From: Lingula anatina | Lineage: Eukaryota > Animalia > Brachiopoda | Reading direction: 5' to 3' | DNA length: 64,000 bases | Assembly: GCA_051362555.1 (NCBI GenBank) | Contig: CM120641.1 | Location: forward strand, 15,624,001-15,688,000 | Shown: in pieces, positions 26,601 to 38,600 of the stretch | Numbering within the stretch: the first letter of the stretch is position 1 | How the letters are laid out: every line of letters begins with the position of its first letter | Notes under the pieces: generated by a model | Told to the model about the DNA's origin: nothing | What the model saw: the letters and a program-made list of their open reading frames with translations, nothing else | Database searches by the model: none | Program-made: the position numbers and the translations under genes

Positions 26601-29600
26601 ATCCTCATCTAATTCCTATAATATAAAAGGTTATAGTCCTTATTGACTCACAACATAAGGCCAATGTCTATGGTATCGAGATGCCATAAAACCATTCAAC
26701 CATATTAAATGTACAGAATTCATCAATTAGACTCAATACAAATTTCAAGACACAACTGCTTGGAGATTGTGTTCACTGATCAATTTGAAAAAGAAACTAC
26801 TAGTAGAAATACCCATCCACTTTTTCAAAAATCAATATATGAAAATAATGGAAACTTTTACATGAAAATCTATAAAATGTACAGTATTTAAAACTCAGTA
26901 ATGCATGATGAAAATAGTACTATAGTTTGAGTAGTTTTGTGACCATAAAAAAAAGATTTACTACCATCTTTTTACAGAGTATGATAATATCTTTCTAGTA
27001 CATAGCAATGAATTATTTAACCTTAGTGTTTTACCTCTGCCATGTGGCTGAGCTGCAGTGCCTGTGGTTTTAACTTCAGTATCTGAAATGTATTTAAATG
27101 CCATAATAAAAAGTCAAGTTTGTTCGATATAGACTTATATAGGTTTAGTTCACTAGTTGGCATATAATAACAAGAATATCAAGTTTGTTTTCTGCAAAAT
27201 GTTATGAAAATTCTACTCAGGCCATGTCTATGTCGCTTACCTCAGAGAGTATAATTAATGCAGCACAGATGAATGGTGGCGTCTGATATAGACAAACTTG
27301 AAGCAGTCTTTTTACAAAAGCCTGAAAAGAATCAAAAGAACATGTCATTCTGTCTAGCACTACACAATAAATCACAATAAAACCACTTAGTAATACACAC
27401 TGTAACATCCACCATAGGACCTTTCATAAACTGCCAAATGTGACAATGTAATCTTTACTATTGAATATATAATAAAAACATATCAAAACACTACTGTAAG
27501 ACATTGTACTACCTTAACTCTTTTATCAGACACATCCTTCTTCATGCTTTTGTACAGCAGATTGAGAAACAAGGTCTGCTTGGAGGACGTCTTCAATTCT
27601 GGATCAACCATTTTCCTGTAGAGAGCACCGTAGTATCTGTCCGAAAGACTGTCACTGGAACAAGCAGAAAAATAGGACTAAAACACAACTTCTACTCACA
27701 TGTAATATATGGAGACTTTTAGAAAGTGATGTACAATAGGCTAATGGATAGAATAATTGTTTACTTAGGCTAGAATAAAAGTAAATGTAGAAAAAATATT
27801 TTGAAAGCATGTGAAGCTCTCAGTATAATTTCTGGCCATTTCATAAACTTAAACATCTTTTGCAATACACTCAAATAAGGACTTTATCCAGACTCAGTGC
27901 TGGAACAAATACTGTGTGCCCATGCCAGCACATTCGGGTGTTTGTGGTGAATACCTGGAATCCATGACTTGATACAGCAACATTAATGCCTGGATACTTG
28001 TACTGAACTTTACAATGTGGACTATCTTGTACAAGGTGCCCACATGTTCCTCAATGGTTGTCTTGTCCACTGAATAAAATAAAATTCCAATCCTTAATAA
28101 ATAGATTGAATGATAGGTAACTATGGGAATAGAAACTTGTGTCTTTCTTTACATGGTGTTACATGTATGTGGTTCAAAATTAAAGAAAAAGGTACTCCTA
28201 CAGAGAAAGGCGCCCCCACCCATCTCCTTAACTCCCTTTTTTACTCTTTGGGAGTAGTCTTTGAAACCCAAAGGGATCATAAACAACTGGGTGCTACCAA
28301 AATATTTAAAACAATAGGTATGTTTTGTTCATTTTATCACTGAATATTCATAATCTCATTGCAATCATTATTTTAAAAGAGGCATCAGATATGATATAAG
28401 AGACAATACCTAAATGAAGCTGTGAGTAACAATATTTAACATAATACCTAGAACAGGGTGTGTTAAGATTGTACTTGGTTGAAATCCATATGCTTACCTT
28501 TAGCAAACGGGTATGCTCTATTAACTCCTGTCAACAAGGCACTTAACATTTTACTGTCAACTTCTCCTTTCTTAACAAATGCCTGAATCCAAAGAAAAGC
28601 ATTGACAGCATATATGTATACAAAGAACTCTAAACCATTCTTCACATTTCAACTGATCCACTGATACAAAACTAAAGTCAGACAATTTACCAACAAACAC
28701 ACAATAAAACAGAATCACATAAAATTTGCAAGAAAGTCGTTTTCCAAAATGGGAAACAAATTAAATATATTCCCTTACTCCAATTATAGACTACTGATTT
28801 CAGTTTCTTTTTCAAGAAACTCATTCAGAACAAGAAAACATAACTGACTTTAAGGTATTACAATGGGTCACAAAGAAATAAAGAAACATTTCCAGCACCT
28901 TGAAGAAGGAGAAGTAGACACCAATCAGTCTTCCAGCCAGCTGTGCCTGGTCATGGTTCAACCTCAGCTGGTTCAGAAAACATATAGCATAATATCTAAA
29001 ACATAAAAGTACAAGTGAGCTGGGTTTTTCATTAATATGTTAAGTAAAATGTTACGTCTGGTTCTTATAAACAACACTCTCAGAAAGTCGCAGAGCACTT
29101 TACATTAAATGGCAATATGCCTGGTATGTCCCAGGATGGGGCTGAACCCACATCCTCTCACTCTGCAGGCAAACATTAGGCTTGCCCATCTTAATAATAG
29201 TGATTGTGAATTTTTTCTTTGTTGGTATACAAGCAAAATGACTAATATTATACCTTTCAGAAAGGTCTAGTGACACTATTTCAAATTTAATGTTCACAAA
29301 ATACCTTATTATTAGTTTCCACTTACTGAGCTTTGACAGATATATTGGGTCTGTACAAAAGCCTCTCCACTTCTAAAACAATCACAGTCTTCATGTTGGG
29401 ATGCTTGTCAACTAGTCTAGACAGTAGATGTGCTCCTTTGGCTGCTATCTTATAGTCAGGATCCCCCAGCTTGTTAACAAGCAAGCACAACAGGGCCTTT
29501 TCTTGCTCTGGTTTGTTTACAAGCAGTTCAAATACTGTACCTATGATACAAAATGTAATGTATGTATTGCCAAACATTGAGTATATTTTTTATTAATGCA

Positions 29601-32600
29601 AGATGATATATTACTTTTGATAAAATGTTAATGTCCACAAGATCCTCCTTTAAAACACGAAGTTTAACATATTACATATTACAACAGGCCTGAATGACAC
29701 TGTAATTAAATTTTTGTACAGATTTTTATGTTAATATACAATTAACTGATAGTTCTTACATAATCATACTTACTAAGAGCTTTCTTTTTTGTTACTGGAA
29801 TGGTGTCATGTGCTATGTGCTGAAAAAAAAAATAGCCAAAACATAATTTGAAGCAATCTCACAAACAAACATTGTTTTATACATGCAAACTGATCAAATA
29901 AAAAAAAACGCATAAAACTACCATGCGGTGTCATAAACATTACCCTGTTTAAACTCTTCCTATTCATAATTCTGGACCCTAACCTTGGACAATACAAATG
30001 TCAGAAACAAGGTGTGTAGAAAAAAAAACCAAATAGGATTTACCTCCAAGGCTCTGACAACTGTCTCGTATCTGGACTTGAGCTGAGCCTCAAAGTACCA
30101 CATGACCAGTCTCTTGTCCCGCGCATCCTTGTTCCCACTGGTCAGGGAGGCAAGCTGGCTTAAGGGATGCTACAGAAACAATGAATTCCTTGAAATCTTA
30201 CCATGTAACTAATGTATTCCTTTTATTCTTCTCTTACAAGTCATAAGGGTCACAAATATATTGTAAAAAGTGTTGACTTTTCAATTTAGGTATGCTTTCT
30301 AGTCAAGATATGTATAGTAAGGTGGTAAAAAGTTATAATTATTTGCATTTATCAACCTTACTATTATAAGAAAAATACATGTTCAATACTGAAATAACTC
30401 CAGATGTTAAAATTTGTGATTCTACAACCTTCTTATGTGAGTTTATGAAAGCACAAAGAACTTATGTGTTGTTTCCTAAAAACCAGCATATGAAGTTATT
30501 CAAGAGATTGGTTCCACAATGTGACACGTGTCAAAATTCTAGTGAAATGTCTAGTTTACCTGCTCAAAAGGTTTCAGTTTTCTATCTGGGAGGAGATCTG
30601 AGATAAACAGTTCTCTCAAAGTATCTGTGAAATAAATAAACAACTGCAATTTACAATATACCTCTATAAATATACCTCTGAAAAAGCACACTTATCAAAA
30701 CCGCCTAAAATTTTGACACTAAAAGTAAAATATATAAGTATTCTGATTTTATTAATTGCCTGTTCTTTCATCCAATGTCATATCTTACATACTGTCACAA
30801 CCATGTACAATGTCACACCTAAAGACATGGAGCCTCTATGCTCAAATGAAATTGACAATAGTGGTGAGGAAACACGGATTACACGAATGGAAAACGAAAT
30901 TAGACACTTAAACTCAAAATTTGAAGGGCTATGTGAAAATGTTTATAAAATGACAGAAGGATTGCAGAAATTTCAAACAGAATTTATCTCATATATGCGA
31001 CGTGACAATCCATCCTTATTGGAAAATTCAGCTTCACCCTTGACTCATGCTCAGCAAGGACACATTGAGATAAATGATCCTCATGATGGCGATGCTCCTC
31101 CCGGCTCTGATACTTCAACGGAGTCTTCAACTCATGGTTTAGCTGAGCGAATAAGTTCAAATGCTGATTTTGTACCAGTCCCGGGGCAGCCAGTTGTCAG
31201 TGACCCAACCGTGCCAGCGTACCGTTATGGACGTCAGAATTCTGATCCGAGAGGGCCACATCGACAATTCCGTGAGGATGTACCCACATTCACTCCCACG
31301 CAAAGATCGCAGCCAGTGGACACTCCCCTGTATACTGACGAAAACCGACAACCACCTCCAACAGGTAGGTCATTTCCCATATACAATGAGTCACACATTA
31401 CCTGCCCCCAGCCGCCCACCCGTTTTCAATCATATGATGGAAGTACTAACTTCTATTCATATTACGTAAAATTATGTTGCGTTGCTGAGAGCAAGGGATG
31501 GGGAGTCAAAGAAATCTACGAAATTATGATCAATTCACTAGAAGGTAAAGCCCTTGACGAGTTTGTAAAACTACCACCTAACGAAAGGATGCACCTGTAC
31601 AGTGTTGTAGATACCCTCATGAAATGTTTCGGAAAAACCGAAAATTCATCCTTGGCGCGAACAGAACTGGCCGCTATAAAACAAAAAGAAAACGAAAGCT
31701 ATGAGGAATTTGGCTCACGTGTGAGAATTTTAGCGATGTCTGCCTACCGTGGTACTGGCCTATTTAATCAAATGGCCACTGAATCGTTTTTACGTGGGTG
31801 TTCAGACAAAGATTTAGTGGAAAAAGTGATGTGCATGAGACCTAGAACATTAGAAGAGGCGGTCGAAAATGCCCGTACGTGTGGCGCAAATATGCAAATT
31901 CTGGGGCTACGCAATGAAAATTGTAGTAAACAACTGCGCAAAGTTACTTTTAAGGAACCCCAGTCTCCATGTACAGATCATATTGAGCGTCAAAATCCAC
32001 CTAATGTGAGTCGCGTTCAGTTTTCACCTCGTAGCGCGAGTCCTAATCGGAGAAAATCATTTCAGTCAAATGATGTAGAGCAGAGGTTGCAAAACATTGA
32101 ATCCTCGTTGTTAGAATTGATTCAGTTATTCCGTCAGTCCGTGAACCAAACACAAAAGGGCAATGACACTCAGTTCAGTACACCCCCCAGGGGCATCACA
32201 AGGTGCTATAATTGCCATGAAATGGGTCACATAAGCACCAATTGTCCCCAGAAAAACAGTGATTCGTTAAACCGCAACAGGTCGCCTGTGCGGTCCAACA
32301 ATCGACCTCAGCTGCAGTAGGACCAAATCTGATCCCACACACTGTTTATTGTAATGGCATGGACAAAGGTGAAAGTTTAGTGGTCCCCATACATGTCAAT
32401 GGAATCAAAACTAACGCTGTTATCGACACAGCAGCGCAAGTGACCATAGTTAGTGACAAGTTGTTATCAGAAATTACTGGAGAAATTACTTACGGCGGGT
32501 ACCATGACATAAAAGGTATACCGCAGATTAACTTACGAGCAAGAGAAATAAAAGGCCTAAAATTAGCAATTGGTTCAGAAGTGTATGAATGGACAGTACT

Positions 32601-35600
32601 TGCTGCTCCTATCCCAGACAATGTTTTATTGGGTTTAGATTTCTTAAAAATGTTTCAGTGTAACATCTGTCTGGAAAACAATTTCATATCGTTGGCCAGA
32701 CCAGATCCTTCAAATAGAAGACGAAACAAAGTTCATGCCTCTATAAGAAAAGGTAGTGACAATTATTTAGTGGCGAATCGTGTCATTTTATCAAAGAAAG
32801 TTGCCGTTCCACCGCATTCTGAGAAGTTTGTTCAAGTCCCCTTTGTTGCGGAAAGGAACAAAACATTTTTACTCAACGCCCCTAAATATGATCAGAAGGG
32901 TCTTTCGGTGCCTTATGGGTTGATAAGCACCGATTATACGGATGATTGCCTCAGTTGTTCACTCACTCTAAGGAATGAGACTGATAAGTCAATTACCTTA
33001 AAAGCAGGTCATGTGATGGGTGATTTGGAAGAGATTGAGCGTGTACTGGGATATCCTGAGATTATTGATAGTTCAAATGTGCACCAGTCTTTCTCGGTGT
33101 TGAAAGTTGATGTGAACTCTAACGATGTGAAGAATAATATTCCTGAACACGTGATTGATTTGTGGAAACGATCTAGTGAGGATTTGTCTGATGAGCAGTC
33201 TCTCAAATTAGGCAATCTTTTGACAAAATACGCCGATGTTTTTTCCAAATCTGAATTTGATATCGGCCATTTTACCAAAATTAAACATAGAATTGATACA
33301 AACGAAGCAAAGCCTATTAAACAAAGACTGAGACGCACACCTCTGGGTTTTGAACAAGAGGAAAAAGCTACATTAGATAAATTGTTAGCCGCTGATATTG
33401 TGCAACCCTCTTGTTCTGAATGGTCTTCCCCTCCTGTTTTAGTGAGAAAGAAAGACGGCACTTTGAGATATTGCATAGATTTTCGTGCTTTAAATAAAGT
33501 GACCGTCAAGGATGTGTATCCACTACCACAGATAGACGAATGCTTAGATGTTTTAGCGGGCACTCGATATTTCAGCACTCTTGATATGAACTGTGCTTAT
33601 TATCAGGTTGAAGTTGAGGAAAGCTCCCGGCCTAAAACCGCTTTTATGACCAAGTACGGTTTGTTTGAGTTTAAACGACTACCGTTTGGTTTGACTAACA
33701 GCCCTGCTACTTTCATGCGAGCAGTCAATTCCGTTCTGCATGGTTTGACGTGGAGACAAGTACTCGCTTACTTGGATGATGTTGTTGTGCTTGGGAACAA
33801 TTTTGATGATTCTATAGCCAATATTGCACTGGTGTTGGATAGATTCAAAGAAAATGGATTGAAATTAAAACCATCCAAGTGTTCATTACTCAAAAGGAGT
33901 GTTCTCTATTTGGGTAAATTGGTAGATGAGAATGGCATTGCTCCAAATCCTGACAGTATAAAAGCAGTTCAACGTTGGCCACGTCCAAAATGTAAGAAAG
34001 ACGTGGAAAGATTTCTTGGTCTAGTTAATTACCATAGAAGTCACATAAAATGTTTTGCTGCTATGTCTGGTGTACTGTATGATTTGACCAAAAACAAAAG
34101 TGTTTTTAATTGGACTAATGAACACGAAGTTGCATTCAATGACTTGAAACAGGCTTTGGTCCATAGTCCCGTGCTGAGTTTTCCAGACAGTGATGGTTTA
34201 TTTATTTTAGACACGGACGCCAGTGATACTTGTATTGGAGCTGAGCTCATACAGGTGCAAAATGACGCTGAAAAGGTCATTAGTTATGGCAGTTTTGCTC
34301 TCACTCCTAGTCAACGTCGTTATTGCACGACTAAAAAGGAGCTTTTGGCAGTAGTCCGATTTACTCGGCAGTACAGGCACTATCTACTTGGTAGAAAGTT
34401 TGTAATAAGGACAGATCATTGCAGTTTGACTTGGATCATGCGTTTTAAATTGCTCAATGGTGTTTTAGCAAGGTGGATGGAGGAATTGGCCCAGTATGAT
34501 TTCGAAATTCAGCACAGATCGGGAAAAAACCACAGTAATGCTGATTCGTTGTCACGCATTCCTCTTCAGCACCAAGACTGTAATTACTATGAAGCTGGTT
34601 GTGATGTGACAGAGTTACCTTGTGGAGGCTGTCATCACTGTACCAGGCTTCATGAAGAGTGGGACAGATTTAACAAAGATGACGATTACAGAGGGCCCCT
34701 GTCTCTAAGAAGCGTGAAAACTGTTACACCTGTCGTAGACCCACCCAAGGAAAATACTGGGAATGTTGAATTGTTTGCAAAGTATACAGCAAGTCAACTC
34801 AGAGAAGCGCAATTAAAAGATCCTCACTTATTAAAGGTGATAGGTTGGATTGAGGAAAATGTAAGTCCTTCTCAAGAGGAGTTGCAACTATGCTCGACAG
34901 CTGTGAAATTTTTATGGACAAACTTCAATTTGCTGTCCATGAAAGATGGTGTTTTATATTACAGCAGGTTTGATAAAGGCTCTTTTAACCCTCTTTTGGT
35001 ATTACCCAAAGAATTTCAACAGGAAGCCTTATCATTGTGTCATGACCCTGTTATTTCAGGTCATCAAGGGATTGCTCGGACTCTTTCTAAGTTGAGACAA
35101 AGTGTATTTTGGTATGGAATGACTACCGACTGCAAACTGTATGTCAATTCATGTGTGGCCTGTGAAAAAAATAAAAAGGCAAACAGGAAATTCAGAGCTG
35201 AATTGCAAAATTTCCATGCCGGTGCACCTTTAGAGAGAGTTCACATAGATATTTTAGGACCACTTACTCCCAGTAAATCAGGGAATAAGTACATTTTAGT
35301 TGTCGTATGTCAGTTCACTAAATGGGTGGAAGCGTATCCATTAGCGGACCAAACTGCAGATACGGTTAGCAAAACATTGGTAAACAATTTCATTGCTAGG
35401 TTTGGTTGTCCAACTATCATACATTCCGACATGGGTGCCAATTTTACAAGTGAATTGTTTAGTAATGTTTGCAGTTTACTGTCCATTAATAAAACTCAAA
35501 CCAGTCCGTACAGGCCGAGTTCGAATGGCGCCGTCGAGCGTCAGAATAGGACTATCATGCAGTGCATACGGTGTTATTTGGAAGGACAGGACAGTAATTG

Positions 35601-38600
35601 GGATGAACATTTATCTTTAATTACAAGCGCAATCAGGGCGGTCCCTAACAGACAAACAGGTCTGACCCCAAACATGTTGATGTTTGGAAGGGAAACTAGA
35701 CAGCCCATTGATTTTACGTTTGGTTTAAAATCTATTAAAGGAGATGTTGAACCAAATAGCTATGTCATGCAATTAAAAGAGAAGCTAGAGAGCGTTCACG
35801 AGTTGGCCAGAAAATGTCTCGGCGAAAATTTAAAGACACAAAAAGCGTACTATGACGCAAATGCCAGACAGACACAATATTGTAAAGGTGACCTAGTGTA
35901 TAGATATAATAACATGTCAAAACCCGGTCGTTCAAAGAAATTACAGCCTGTATGGCTCGGTCCCTTCAAAATTATTGAGGTGCTTTCTCCAATTTTGTAT
36001 AAGATAAAAACAAAAAGAAAAGTTGTGGTGGTGCATCATGATCACTTAAAACCCTGCAAGGGAAGGGGGGTCCTAAAACCCTCCAAAGCTAAATGTGTGA
36101 CTCCTCCTAATGTGGGTGATGACCAACCACAAGGTGATAGAACTGTCAAAGATGCTGTTGTTACGAGAAGTGGCAGAACAGTTATACCTCCAATACGTTA
36201 TTGTTGAGAGGAAGACTCAGAACTAATGAGATTATTATTAACAGATGTGACAGCAATATCCACTACAATACGTTATGCCAAGGACAATTTACTGAGATAA
36301 TAGGACATTTTCTGTGAACTCTATTGACTTTGAACCGAACATTGACTATGTTTTACATACATATATTGGCTACATTATACTGAGCCTGTATTTGCATTCA
36401 ATATTCTATTCATAGAAGTGACACAATTATATGTCTTTCACTTTATCAAGGCATTCGTAAGTTGTAAATATTTTGAAGCTGTTTGGATGCACAGTACAAT
36501 CTTGAGTAAAGTGCATATGTGCCATGTTGATAATGCAGATTTAGCATAATTAGTAAAGTTCATATGTGCCGTTTATGCAGTAATGCATGCACATTTATAT
36601 ATAAAAAAATATGGGACTTGAAAGTATGCACTGTTTAACGCAACATGTTGCCTTAGCTATAAGGAAATAATGTATTTATTTGTGCCGTTAATATGTAATG
36701 TATATGCACAATTATTATTTATTATGCACAAAAATAGATCTCATTATTATTAACTGTGCTGATGTAATGCATATTACATATATAACATTGTCATGTAAAG
36801 CAACGGCTGTTGATAAAGTGTAATCCGTATATGTCTGTTAAATTTATTTCAACAATTGTAATTAATTCAGACTCTATCTTAATTATCAGTGGTTTATATA
36901 TAATCATGTTTTGAAAATATGATGGGGAGGAATGTAGTGTATTAGTCTATGTATTGTTTTTGCGTCACGCCAGGTGTCGCATGACACCTGGTACCATGTG
37001 ACTTGACGCGGGAATCTTGAATGTAATAAAGCAGAACTCACAACATACCTACTGCCAGCATGCATTCTCTTTTGCCTTTCTTCTTTGCCATATTGATCAG
37101 CAAATCAAGGCTCTGGAGAGTATGAACAGGACTGTCTTGAATTTGTATGGTCAGTGCTGCCATCTTGTCGGCCAATGTTCCAGAGGACACTACTGTCTTC
37201 ATCCATTTTGCATCTGAACCTTTCCTCACATCTTTTTCTAAAAAATGTTTTGTTTCAAATTTACGCTAATGTTAGTATATATACTGCTTGAACTGTAATG
37301 CTCACACAAAGACCTGAATCAAGTCAGAGACTGAAGACAGTATTAAAAGTTAATCATATTTCAACCAAGCAAATTAGCAATAATTTCTTACGTTTATTAT
37401 ATATGGTAACCTCATCCTGGAGAATCCTACATGCAAACTCTTCCAAACATTTTATCGTTTCTTTGGAGGCTGCCTCAAACTCAACAGGATCATTATCAAA
37501 CTGAAAAAAAGAAAATTTACTATAACAACATCATATTGTCATTATGAGTTTGCATTTATTCTTATAATTTCACCTATTAACAAAACCATGCAAAATATGT
37601 AATTCATAGTTAACATATAAAGAATCCCACTGATTTAAGAAAGTGACAAACAGTACATTGTATAATAGGACACTGTACCATGTCATTTGATGTAATAAAA
37701 ATAGATATTATACAAATGTGAAATTTTTAATAAAGGGTTCAACAGAGGTATGCGCCAAAGGAGAAACACTTTGCCAATACTACTTATATTAATATTAAAT
37801 AAATTCTTATCACACACATATTTGACCAAAGGTTTCAGTATCCATAATCATATAATTCACTGTGTTACTAATAAGAATATTTTAACCAGTTATGAAGTCT
37901 GTTAGCAACTCTGGTCAACTTAGGCCTTGCACAGTAGTTTCAGTGAAAGATGGGACAAAAAGCTCACCTGATTATCATACCACTTTCCACCAGGCTTAAC
38001 CAATAAATACTTTCTTTGTGTGTATGAATTAATATAGTCCTTCACTTCTGTGTCATCTGATTGCCCCAGTGTAGTGCTACTGACTTCAGCTACTTGGACT
38101 TTAAATTTATTTTTAGTCTTCTTCTGTGTGTCAGGTGGAGGTTTTCCTTCATCTTTCTGCTTTTCAAATCCAGGCATGACCAAAAGTTTTTTCTTTTTCT
38201 CTTTTTTATCATTTCCATCTTCTTCACTACAAACAAATAGAATATGGTGGATGTTAACATTATTTTTCTGTTTTAGCAATATAATGAAACTGAATCTTAA
38301 CCAGATACCTAAAACTATACTCACATTTCTGTTTAAGTTCAAGATTAACTTTTCAAATGATATTTTATTACTTTTAACTCTAAAAACATACCTTCTGAAT
38401 CTGTATTTCTTCAAACCAAGTTCCTCTATTAATGCTTTTACCTGAAACATCAATAATATTAGCTAACTCACAAATAGCAGACTAGAGTGCCAGCAACTAC
38501 CTCTATGAAACCAAACAGGATGACCTTGAGGTCAAGTAAAAAATACTGACCCTATGACCTGGCCCCTAATTCCATAAAATCCACTTTGTCTGAACTCCGA

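Larger units (their letters stand above)
30793..37042 (+). mobile_element. Ty3/Gypsy LTR retrotransposon with intact gag and pol but only the 3' LTR; antisense within CEBPZ intron 6
   Basis: gag and pol ORFs, polypurine tract at 36924-36932 and a short TG..CA LTR. Flanked by an ACATAC direct repeat (30787-30792 and 37043-37048). No upstream LTR or primer-binding site is visible. Confidence 0.9.

Noticed and set aside
29040-29190. Possible tRNA-derived SINE or tRNA gene on the minus strand
   Set aside because: Only a weak B-box-like word and tail; no cloverleaf and no second copy in the window.
30713-30802. Hydrophobic, signal-peptide-like N-terminal extension on the gag ORF
   Set aside because: Starts at TTG and lies in AT-rich host intron sequence outside the inferred insertion boundary; the ATG at 30803 is the better start.
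32318-32320. Stop-codon read-through from gag to pol
   Set aside because: Pol is in the -1 frame, not in frame with the TAG.
33009-35620. Antisense and alternate-frame ORFs over pol (also those over the LRR gene and CEBPZ exons)
   Set aside because: Shadows of real coding sequence with no independent motifs.
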